Shown one piece after another: positions 37,646 to 45,643 of a DNA stretch of 60,775 nucleotides. The translations under genes and the position numbers were made by a program. The stretch's first letter is position 1, and every line of letters starts with the position of its first letter. The stretch is taken from positions 1 through 60,775 of the forward strand of contig JBBTXR010000007.1 in assembly GCA_038062175.1 (NCBI GenBank), in the 5' to 3' direction. Source of the stretch: Patescibacteria group bacterium. GTDB lineage: Bacteria > Patescibacteriota > Minisyncoccia > Phycocordibacterales > Phycocordibacteraceae. The notes under the pieces were generated by a model, which saw only the letters and a program-made list of their open reading frames with translations, had not been told where the DNA came from and ran no database searches.

Positions 37646-38002
37646 ATGCGAGTTCTTCTCTTTGAGATGGACATTAATCTGCAAGCCTACATCAAGGCTT
37701 TCTTTGAGCACTATGGACATGTCGTGACCGCCACCGCCGACCGAAATGAGCTGATAAAGCTCATTCCAGATTTCCAAGTCACTATTTTCGACCCCGATGG
37801 TCTCGTCAAAGAGACAGGAGCCGATGTGGTGGCCAAGCTGCGCTGGTCCAAGTGCACGTGTCCAATCATTGTGCTTTCCAAGAAGAAGGCATGGAGTGAT
37901 AAGGTCCAGGCCTTCAATTCGGGTGCCAATGACTACCTGACGAAGCCCTTTGAGAACGAAGAGCTCCTGGGACGCGCCGCCATGCTCGCGCACCAGGAAT
38001 AG
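37646..38002 (+). CDS. Stand-alone OmpR-type receiver domain (no output domain)
   Basis: Receiver hallmarks IFDPD, IIVLS and DYLTKPF. The protein stops at the linker where a wHTH would follow. GGAG lies 6 nt upstream of the ATG. Confidence 0.65.
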   Translation: MRVLLFEMDINLQAYIKAFFEHYGHVVTATADRNELIKLIPDFQVTIFDPDGLVKETGADVVAKLRWSKCTCPIIVLSKKKAWSDKVQAFNSGANDYLTKPFENEELLGRAAMLAHQE

Positions 38003-38147
38003 GCGCCTTACAGAGCACACGTCCGATATATAACTGACCTCGAGGAGAAATCTTCGGGGTCAAATCTTTACCATTGATCCAGGATCGTCTCAACCCCCAG
38101 CACTCTTCTCCAGCTTTCCTTTATCACCACTCTGGTAGTATCAGTCG

Positions 38148-39818
38148 ATGACCCAGAGCGAAGCCCTCTCCATTTTGAAGTCCGGTGCCAACGTGTTCCT
38201 CACCGGGGAACCTGGTAGCGGAAAGACGCATACCATTAATGAATACGTTAGGTGGCTGCGCTCGCATGCGATCGAGCCTTCGATCACTGCATCAACGGGA
38301 ATCGCCGCAACGCATATCCACGGTGTCACTATTCATTCCTGGAGTGGTATTGGTATCGCAGAGCACCTCACCGCACAGCTCATCGAGAACATCTCCCAGA
38401 AGGAGCATGTGGTGAAGCGGATACAGAGAACGAACGTGCTCATCATCGATGAAATCTCCATGCTCTCTGCAGACGTGCTCACGATGGTGGACGCGGTGTG
38501 TAGAGAGGTACGGCATCGCGAGGAACCGTTTGGTGGTATGCAGGTGGTGCTTGTGGGTGACTTCTTCCAGCTTCCTCCGATCGGGAAGCGGGGACAGCCA
38601 TCTTCTTTCGCATTTGAGTCACCCATCTGGCCACGCTTGAATCCCATCATCTGCTACCTCTCCGAGCAGCACCGTCAGGAAGATCAGGATCTTCTCTCAC
38701 TCCTTGGCGCGATACGCGAAGGAAGTTCCGACCATACCCACGTCTCCCTCATTCTTTCTCGTGAGACCGATCTCGAGGGACTCGACGAGGACACTCCGAG
38801 ACTCTATACACATAACGCGGACGTGGATCGAGAGAACGAAGCGAAGCTGCTCGCACTCAAGGGTTCATCAAAGCGCTTTCTCATGTCTGCCGCAGGAGCT
38901 CCTCCGCTGGTAGAAGGACTCAAGCGCGGCTGCTTGTCTCCCGAGACACTCGTGCTTAAGGAAGGTGCGGTGGTGATGGCGACCAAGAATAATCCGATCG
39001 CAGGGTACGCAAACGGTACGACCGGAGTGGTGGTGGAGTTCGAGCACGGTTCAGGGTATCCGGTGATCGAAACCAAAGACGGTCGCATGATCACCATGGC
39101 TCCCATGGACTGGGCAGTTGAAGAAGGGGGGAAGGTACGCGCTAAGGTCACTCAGGTCCCGCTTCGTCTTGCTTGGGCAATCACGGTGCATAAGAGTCAG
39201 GGCATGAGTATGGATCGCGCAGCCATGGATCTTTCAAGAGCCTTTGAATATGGTCAGGGATACGTCGCGCTCTCACGCGTACGCTCGCTTGAAGGACTCT
39301 CTCTGCTTGGGTGGCACGAGAACGCGCTTGCCATACACCCAAACGTTGCTGCTAAGGATCAGCAGTTTAGGACGCTCTCAGAGCAAGCGGCACTTGCGTT
39401 TGGCACCCTTGCCGAGTCAGGAGAGCTTGAAACGATGCACAACAATTTCATCAAGGCATCGGGCGGCTCTCTTGAAGTACGAGAAGGCATTGCAACGCTA
39501 GAAAAGAAGACCACCTACGATGCTACCTACGACCTCATCAAGGAAGGGAAGACACTCATGGATATTAAGGCACTGCGTGGGCTCACCATCGGCACGCTTG
39601 CTGACCACCTTGAGAAACTGAAAGAAGCCGGCCGCATCACCATAGATGAGATCCGCGAGCTCATGCCAAAGAAGATTCTGGAGGCACTCCCCGCTATTTC
39701 TGAAGCCTTTGAAAAGGTTGGTCTTGATAAGCTTGCCCCGGTACACACAAAGCTGAAGGGTAAATATACATACGACGATTTGAAGCTCGCTCGGCTGATC
39801 TGTGGAGAGAGGGGGTAG
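38148..39818 (+). CDS. Pif1/RecD-like SF1 DNA helicase with a C-terminal HTH module
   Basis: Walker A GEPGSGKTH, LIIDEISM, the VGDFFQLPP Pif1 signature, and AITVHKSQG. TGgTAGTAT lies 6 nt upstream of the ATG. Confidence 0.85.
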   Translation: MTQSEALSILKSGANVFLTGEPGSGKTHTINEYVRWLRSHAIEPSITASTGIAATHIHGVTIHSWSGIGIAEHLTAQLIENISQKEHVVKRIQRTNVLIIDEISMLSADVLTMVDAVCREVRHREEPFGGMQVVLVGDFFQLPPIGKRGQPSSFAFESPIWPRLNPIICYLSEQHRQEDQDLLSLLGAIREGSSDHTHVSLILSRETDLEGLDEDTPRLYTHNADVDRENEAKLLALKGSSKRFLMSAAGAPPLVEGLKRGCLSPETLVLKEGAVVMATKNNPIAGYANGTTGVVVEFEHGSGYPVIETKDGRMITMAPMDWAVEEGGKVRAKVTQVPLRLAWAITVHKSQGMSMDRAAMDLSRAFEYGQGYVALSRVRSLEGLSLLGWHENALAIHPNVAAKDQQFRTLSEQAALAFGTLAESGELETMHNNFIKASGGSLEVREGIATLEKKTTYDATYDLIKEGKTLMDIKALRGLTIGTLADHLEKLKEAGRITIDEIRELMPKKILEALPAISEAFEKVGLDKLAPVHTKLKGKYTYDDLKLARLICGERG

Positions 39819-39835
39819 GGTACAATCGTAGGGAC

Positions 39836-40837
39836 ATGCGCTTTCCGTTTACGTGGACTCCTCCGCAGCTGCCACGCCGTACGCTCGTTTTCTGGGGTGT
39901 GGGTATAGTCGTCCTTCTTGCGACGTTCCTTCTTATCTACTCCGCGATGTTCGGTGCGGTCGTAACCTACGATGAGCCAGAAGAGTTTATCGTGAATCCC
40001 GATACGCCTATTGAAGAAGTGGCGGAGGGACTCAAGGAACTCAACTTCATCAAGAGCGAACTTGCGTTCCGCCTTGCGTTTGCTGCAACCGGACACGGCG
40101 AGATTACCGAAGGAGGATACAAGATCAGTCGCAGCCAGGATGCGTGGACGATTGCGGAGGCGTTTGCGCACCCACCGTATCTTGCCTGGGTGATTGTGCC
40201 TCCGGGGATGCGTAAGGAGCAGATCGGTGAATTACTCCAGCGGAAGCTTGGATGGACTGACGAGCAGCTTGTCGAGTGGGGTGCGGCGACAGAAATTGAT
40301 GACACCTTGATTGAGGGCGTGTACTACGGTGATACCTACCTCATCCCGTCTGACCAGCCACCCGCTGAAGTCGCTAAGCGTCTTCGCGGCAGGTTCGAGG
40401 AAGTGTTTGCGCCCTACGCAGAGGAGGCGAGAAAGAAGGGGCTCTCCTGGAATGAGGTGATCACCATGGCGTCACTCGTTGAGCGGGAAAGTGCGCGCAC
40501 CGATAAGGCACTTGTTGCTGGCATCATGTGGAATCGCCTTGATATTGGTATGGCACTTCAAGTGGACGCGACCTTCCAGTACATACGAGGCGAGAGTGGG
40601 AATTGGTGGCCCGTACCAAAGTCAGAGGATAAGCGCATCGACTCACCGTTCAATACATACAAGTATCCAGGACTCCCGCCACACCCGATTGCGAACCCTT
40701 CGCTCGATTCTATAAAAGCGGTGCTGCACCCAGACGAGACCAATTGCATCTACTATTTGCATGACAATGACGGGCAGATACATTGCTCACAGACGTATGC
40801 CGGTCAGCTCCGGAATGTGGATGCGCATTTGCGGTAG
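39836..40837 (+). CDS. mltG: Endolytic murein transglycosylase MltG (YceG-like)
   Basis: N-terminal TM, then ASLVERES, MWNRLDIGMALQVDATFQY and SPFNTYKYPGLPPHPIANP. Confidence 0.85.
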   Translation: MRFPFTWTPPQLPRRTLVFWGVGIVVLLATFLLIYSAMFGAVVTYDEPEEFIVNPDTPIEEVAEGLKELNFIKSELAFRLAFAATGHGEITEGGYKISRSQDAWTIAEAFAHPPYLAWVIVPPGMRKEQIGELLQRKLGWTDEQLVEWGAATEIDDTLIEGVYYGDTYLIPSDQPPAEVAKRLRGRFEEVFAPYAEEARKKGLSWNEVITMASLVERESARTDKALVAGIMWNRLDIGMALQVDATFQYIRGESGNWWPVPKSEDKRIDSPFNTYKYPGLPPHPIANPSLDSIKAVLHPDETNCIYYLHDNDGQIHCSQTYAGQLRNVDAHLR

Positions 40838-40920
40838 CTTGACGCAACTCGTTTTTTATCCTAAAACCAATACAGCCTTTTGCACCTTGTAATCGGCGTG
40901 CTCCCTGAAAGGAGAAAGAG

Positions 40921-41607
40921 ATGTCGAAAGACATGCTCGGTCCGGCTATCCGGGCTCTAGTAGGTGTACCGCAACGTCATCTGAATCTGATGGCTAAGAT
41001 CGCTGATCATCTGAGTGATAATCTCGCCGATGATAGAGCGGCATTCTATTGGCAGCTCGCCAGGACGCGGGATGTCCATCTTGAGATTAAGCAACTGCCA
41101 TATGAGCAGTGGCGAACCTTCACGGTGGGCGGACGATCCAAACGAAACCTTCTCACCTCAGTGGTGGAGAAGTACCGGGAGGACCAAATTCCTGGCGAGA
41201 TGGTCAGGAGCCGGAACTTCCGAATCTCGACCGAGAGTCAGTCGTTCGACACGATTAGGCTCAAGTCTTCCGATATGGGCTTCGGGAATCTCGCACGAGT
41301 CGATTGGCTCCATGACGAGAATGTCTTGGAGAGGTGGAACACCACGAATGCGACGCGTCTGAACGGACGCAAAATCGTGCTGCTGCCTCGCGAGTCTGGA
41401 CCGTTCATCCGTGAGCAGTACCTCGATCAGCCCAGCAGCGAGCGAATGATAATCGCTTCAGAGCCACTGGAGTTCCGGGGCACCGCCGGCCAGCTTGATT
41501 CCAGGGTCTTCAGACTCACCAGCTTCAATGGGGAACTCCAATTGAAGAGTATGAACCTGAGAGAGTCCATCGTTACAAACGAGTACATTTTGTTCGGGCT
41601 GGCTTAG
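40921..41607 (+). CDS. Hypothetical protein (228 aa), SD-led orphan
   Basis: GGAG (40911-14, within AAAGGAGAAAGAG) lies 6 nt before the ATG. Has its own TTGACG / TAAAAC promoter-like elements and its own terminator. No recognised domain. Confidence 0.6.
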   Translation: MSKDMLGPAIRALVGVPQRHLNLMAKIADHLSDNLADDRAAFYWQLARTRDVHLEIKQLPYEQWRTFTVGGRSKRNLLTSVVEKYREDQIPGEMVRSRNFRISTESQSFDTIRLKSSDMGFGNLARVDWLHDENVLERWNTTNATRLNGRKIVLLPRESGPFIREQYLDQPSSERMIIASEPLEFRGTAGQLDSRVFRLTSFNGELQLKSMNLRESIVTNEYILFGLA

Positions 41608-41620
41608 TCAGTTCAAACGG

Positions 41621-41650
41621 GCCCCGCTGTCGCAAGATAGCGGGGCTTTT
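41621..41650 (+). terminator. Rho-independent terminator
   Basis: GCCCCGCT / AGCGGGGC stem followed by TTTT. Confidence 0.7.
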
Positions 41651-41714
41651 CATTGACGCTCTCCTATATATAGGTTATTCTCCCTTCAATCGCCCGAAGG
41701 GCCTTTTTATTTTC

Positions 41715-43502
41715 ATGGACATCCGAAACATCGCCATCATCGCGCACGTGGACCACGGTAAGACCACCCTTACCGACGCTATTCTTAAAGAGACCGGAGC
41801 TGCCGCTGCCGGCGTCTCTATGGACTCAAACGCACTCGAGCACGAGCGTGGTATCACCATCTACTCCAAGAACGCATCGGTGGAGTATAAGGGAACCAAG
41901 ATCAATATCGTCGACACTCCAGGACACTCCGACTTCGGTTCGGAGGTTGAGCGCGTGCTTCGTGCGATCGACTCCGTGCTCCTTATTGTGGACGCGCAGG
42001 AGGGTCCAATGCCACAGACCCGCTTCGTCCTCAAGAAGTCGCTTGAGCTTGGCCTCAAGCCAATCGTCGTGCTTAACAAGATCGATAAGCCAGCGGCTGA
42101 CCCCGATCGTGCAGAGGAGCAGGTCCTTGAGCTTTTCCTTGAGCTTGGTGCGTCTGACGAGCAGTCAGACTTTAAGGTGGTGTACGCCATCGGTCGCGAA
42201 GGTGTGGCGATGAAAAAGGTGGACGACGAGCGCGTGAACCTCGAGCCGCTTCTCGACACCATTCTTGAGAACGTACCGGTCGCCCTCAAAGAGGGAGATG
42301 CCGAGAAGCCACTGAAGCTTCAGTCATTCAACCTGGCCTACGACAACTTCCTTGGTCGTCTCGCTATCTGCCGCGTCTACGAGGGCACCATCACCCCAGG
42401 TCAGAACGTCATTGTGAAGACGGCGGACGGTACCGCACGTAACGGAAAGACCACCAAGATCTTCACCTTCAAAGGTCTTGAGCGTGTGGAGGCTACTTCT
42501 GCGTCAGCAGGGGACATCGTCATCGTCGCAGGACTTCCTGATGTATTCATTGGTGAGACCATCACCACGGACCCCAACATGGAGCCGATGCCTGCAATTG
42601 CGATCGATGAGCCTACCATCACCGTGAACTTCCTCGTGAACAACTCACCATTTGCTGGTCGCGAAGGAAAGTACGTTACCAGTCGTCAGCTCCGCGAATA
42701 TCTTGAGCGCGAGCTTGAGGTGAACGTAGGTCTTAAGGTGGACTTTGTGTCACCAGACGCGTTCAAGGTCTCGGGCCGAGGAGAACTTCACATCGCCATC
42801 CTTCTTGAGAACATGCGTCGTGCAGGATACGAGATGCAGGTTAGCCAGCCACAGGTCATCATCCGCGAGGAGGAAGGTCAGAAGCTCGAGCCATACGAGG
42901 AGGTCACCATCGACACTCCGACCGAGTTCCAGGGCGCTATCATCGAGCGCCTCGGCACCCGCGCATTCGTCCTCCAGAACCTCGTGCAGGACGGCGACAC
43001 TGTGCGCCTCACGCTCGAGGGCCCAACCCGTGGACTCCTCGGATACCGCAATCAGTTCGTGGTGGACACAAAGGGTGAGGGTATCCTCTCTACCCGCGTG
43101 CTTGGCTTCAAGCCGTACGCCGGAGAGATCAAGAAGCGTCAGGTCGGCTCCATGATCTCCATGGCAACCGGCAAGGCGCTCGGCTATGCGCTTTGGAGCA
43201 TGCAGGAGCGCGGGGTGCTTTACATCATCCCGGCTACCGAAGTGTACGAGGGTATGGTGGTGGGCAATACCTCCAAGGGTGAGGAGATGGTGGTGAACCC
43301 GACCAAGGGAAAGAATCAGAGTAACGTCCGTTCCTCCGGTATGGACGAGGCCATCAATCTCGTGCCTGCCTTCACTCTTACCATCGAGCGCGGCCTCGAA
43401 GTCATGACCGACGACGAGTACCTCGAGATCACTCCGCTCTCGGTGCGTCTTAGGAAGATGGGTCTTACTGAGTCCGATCGCTCGAAGAGTCGTCGATCGT
43501 AG
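41715..43502 (+). CDS. typA: Translational GTPase TypA/BipA
   Basis: AIIAHVDHGKTTL, DTPGHSDF and NKID G-motifs. 595 aa with the EF-G-like domain order. Confidence 0.95.
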   Translation: MDIRNIAIIAHVDHGKTTLTDAILKETGAAAAGVSMDSNALEHERGITIYSKNASVEYKGTKINIVDTPGHSDFGSEVERVLRAIDSVLLIVDAQEGPMPQTRFVLKKSLELGLKPIVVLNKIDKPAADPDRAEEQVLELFLELGASDEQSDFKVVYAIGREGVAMKKVDDERVNLEPLLDTILENVPVALKEGDAEKPLKLQSFNLAYDNFLGRLAICRVYEGTITPGQNVIVKTADGTARNGKTTKIFTFKGLERVEATSASAGDIVIVAGLPDVFIGETITTDPNMEPMPAIAIDEPTITVNFLVNNSPFAGREGKYVTSRQLREYLERELEVNVGLKVDFVSPDAFKVSGRGELHIAILLENMRRAGYEMQVSQPQVIIREEEGQKLEPYEEVTIDTPTEFQGAIIERLGTRAFVLQNLVQDGDTVRLTLEGPTRGLLGYRNQFVVDTKGEGILSTRVLGFKPYAGEIKKRQVGSMISMATGKALGYALWSMQERGVLYIIPATEVYEGMVVGNTSKGEEMVVNPTKGKNQSNVRSSGMDEAINLVPAFTLTIERGLEVMTDDEYLEITPLSVRLRKMGLTESDRSKSRRS

Positions 43503-43524
43503 ATTGTCAGATTGAGGAAAACAT

Positions 43525-43556
43525 GTCGGCATGCTACGGTAATGCCGGCGTTTTTC
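43525..43556 (+). terminator. Rho-independent terminator of typA
   Basis: GTCGGCAT / ATGCCGGC stem followed by GTTTTTCTT. Confidence 0.7.
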
Positions 43557-43620
43557 TTATCTCGACTAAAGAGTAGGGAAGGACATCGGGTTCTTTCAAC
43601 TCTTACATGGAGGTCCATTC

Positions 43621-43974
43621 ATGGATCAAGATTTCCACGCACGTATCCATCAGCTAGCGGCTCAGGAAGGCAAGACGGTCGGTGACCAACTGAAGGAGGA
43701 AGAGCTCCGTATTCAGCGGCTCGACCTCATCGACGGCACTGGCACGAAACGGACCATCGAGGCTCCCGACTCTGCGGCGAGTCGACTCTTCATCGAGTCG
43801 GAAGCGCGGCGCATGGGCGGGACTCCCGACTCTATCGTTCCGAACGGAGATACAACCGGTCGTGCCGTGGAGTTCTACGGGCTCAGTCTTTGGGATGATG
43901 AGCCGGGCACTGGCAAACATCCCGTCATCGACGCGCTCTGCGGTGCAGAGCCAATCACCATCACCTGGAAATAA
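43621..43974 (+). CDS. Hypothetical protein (117 aa), SD-led and coupled to dapD
   Basis: GGAGG lies 7 nt upstream of the ATG. No recognised domain. Its stop overlaps the dapD SD. Confidence 0.55.
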   Translation: MDQDFHARIHQLAAQEGKTVGDQLKEEELRIQRLDLIDGTGTKRTIEAPDSAASRLFIESEARRMGGTPDSIVPNGDTTGRAVEFYGLSLWDDEPGTGKHPVIDALCGAEPITITWK

Positions 43975-43986
43975 GGAGAGACTCCA

Positions 43987-44838
43987 GTGTTCAGAGATTT
44001 ACAGGCAACCATCGAACAGGCTTGGTCCGTACGCGACGACCTCAGTCCAAAAACTCACGGCCCTGTAAGGGATGCGGTGAACGAGACACTCAAGGCGCTC
44101 GACTCGGGAACGCTCCGCGTCGCGGAACGCAACCTGGACGGCGCCCGGACGGTGAATCAGTGGGCCAAGCAGGCCGTACTGCTCTCCTTCCGGCTCAACC
44201 CAAACCAGGTCATGGGTTCTGATCCCTACCATCACAGCGACGATCGTCAGGCTCCCGGCCCCTACTACGACAAGGTTGCGTCGAAGTTCGCCGGTTGGGG
44301 TCCTGCGCATTTCGAAGCTGCTGGTTTTCGAGTGGTGCCCGGTTCGATCGTCCGTCACGGCGCCTATATCGGGAAAGACGTCGTTCTCATGCCGTCGTTC
44401 GTGAACGTCGGTGCCTACATCGACGAAGGTACGATGATCGACACGTGGGCGACGGTCGGGTCCTGTGCGCAGATCGGCAAGAAGTGCCATATCTCGGGCG
44501 GCGCAGGTATCGGTGGCGTGCTGGAGCCTCTCCAGGCCGCTCCCGTTATCATCGAGGACAACTGCTTCATCGGCGCGCGTTCCGAGGTTGCCGAAGGAGT
44601 CATTGTCCGTGAAGGTTCGGTGCTTGCGATGGGTGTATTGATCGGAGCATCAACGCCGATCATTGACCGGGCCACCAGCAAGCAGTATATGGGTGAGGTA
44701 CCGCCGTACTCGGTTGTGGTGCCCGGTAATCGTCCAACGGTTGCCGGTCGTCCGTCGACCTACTGCGCCGTGATCGTGAAGCAGGTCGACGAGCAAACAC
44801 GTTCGAAGACCTCGATCAATGAGCTGCTGCGCACGTAG
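43987..44838 (+). CDS. dapD: Tetrahydrodipicolinate N-succinyltransferase (proteobacterial-type DapD)
   Basis: Collinear with E. coli DapD as I recall it: [23 protein letters not shown], and the hexapeptide core [46 protein letters not shown], ending INELLRT. GTG start with AAGGAG 8 nt upstream. Confidence 0.85.
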   Translation: MFRDLQATIEQAWSVRDDLSPKTHGPVRDAVNETLKALDSGTLRVAERNLDGARTVNQWAKQAVLLSFRLNPNQVMGSDPYHHSDDRQAPGPYYDKVASKFAGWGPAHFEAAGFRVVPGSIVRHGAYIGKDVVLMPSFVNVGAYIDEGTMIDTWATVGSCAQIGKKCHISGGAGIGGVLEPLQAAPVIIEDNCFIGARSEVAEGVIVREGSVLAMGVLIGASTPIIDRATSKQYMGEVPPYSVVVPGNRPTVAGRPSTYCAVIVKQVDEQTRSKTSINELLRT

Positions 44839-44866
44839 TTTCGGTTCCTGTAGAGTTGATTAAGTG

Positions 44867-44890
44867 GGGCGCTTCCGCAAGGGAGCGCCC
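44867..44890 (+). terminator. Hairpin terminator after dapD
   Basis: GGGCGCTTCC-GCAA-GGGAGCGCCC (10-bp stem, tetraloop) with a weak T tail. Confidence 0.55.
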
Positions 44891-44953
44891 TTCATCATTT
44901 CTCTACCTCCCTTTTTTTACTCTTAGACCGTTAGCAATAAACGCATATATTCC

Positions 44954-45106
44954 ATGCTGTACACCATTGCTGTGATACTTCTGGCTCTGTGGCTCTTTGG
45001 TCTTGTGACCTCGTACACGCTTGGTGGATTCATCCACCTGCTGCTCGTCGTTGCTGTGATCATGGTGCTCGTACGCCTGATTCAGGGCAGAAACCCCATC
45101 GCCTAG
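44954..45106 (+). CDS. lmo0937-family small membrane protein (50 aa)
   Basis: MLYTIAVILLALWLFGLVTSYTLGGFIHLLLVVAVIMVLVRLIQGR matches this small-protein family. It is below the 60-aa ORF-track cutoff. It replaces the antisense ORF 44903-45166. Confidence 0.7.
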   Translation: MLYTIAVILLALWLFGLVTSYTLGGFIHLLLVVAVIMVLVRLIQGRNPIA

Positions 45107-45109
45107 CAC

Positions 45110-45412
45110 ATGCCACGCGGAAGCAAGGCCAAGTATACGGATAAGCAGAAACGCCAGGCTGAACATATCGAAGAAGGATATGAGAAGCGTGGTATTCCCG
45201 AAAATGAGGCTGAGGCTCGTGCCTGGGCGACGGTGAATAAAATGTCCGGAGGCGGCAAGAAGAGCGGTTCCGGACGAGGGAAGAAGGTGAACAAGGCGCC
45301 AGCCAAGAAAGGCGGACGAAAGGGCGGGCAGGTGAGTGCAAAACGCTCAAAAACCGCCAAGTCAGCTTCTGCAAAGAAGGCAGCCAAAACAAGAAAGAAG
45401 CGCGCTTCTTAA
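45110..45412 (+). CDS. Conserved basic protein with a Lys/Ala/Gly-rich tail (100 aa)
   Basis: MPRGSKAKYTDKQKRQAEHIEEGYEKRG is a conserved N-terminus. The histone-H1-like KKxxKK tail follows. Starts 3 nt after the previous stop. Confidence 0.65.
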   Translation: MPRGSKAKYTDKQKRQAEHIEEGYEKRGIPENEAEARAWATVNKMSGGGKKSGSGRGKKVNKAPAKKGGRKGGQVSAKRSKTAKSASAKKAAKTRKKRAS

Positions 45413-45422
45413 AGAACGTGAA

Positions 45423-45457
45423 AAGGAATACGGCCCATACTCTGGGCCGTATTCCTT
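45423..45457 (+). terminator. Rho-independent terminator
   Basis: 15-bp stem AAGGAATACGGCCCA / TGGGCCGTATTCCTT. Confidence 0.75.
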
Positions 45458-45464
45458 ATATGCC

Positions 45465-45493
45465 TTGCAAAAACACTGAACCAGTGCTATATT
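45465..45493 (+). promoter_or_regulatory. Promoter of the DEAD-box helicase gene
   Basis: TTGCAA, 17-nt spacer, TATATT. This predicts a 5' UTR of about 145 nt. Confidence 0.55.
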
Positions 45494-45643
45494 GTTCCCA
45501 CAACGGTTACTCCACGGTTTGACGTCTTGAGAGATCACTCATCAAGACCAGCGAGCGCCACGGCGCTTCTGCTTGAAACTCTCGAGGACGGTTGATTACT
45601 CAACACGAAACGCACCACGCGTTTCGTTCAAACACATACAACC

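Noticed and set aside
44903-45166. 87-aa minus-strand ORF
   Set aside because: It overlaps two better-supported plus-strand genes: the 50-aa lmo0937-type peptide and the start of the basic protein.
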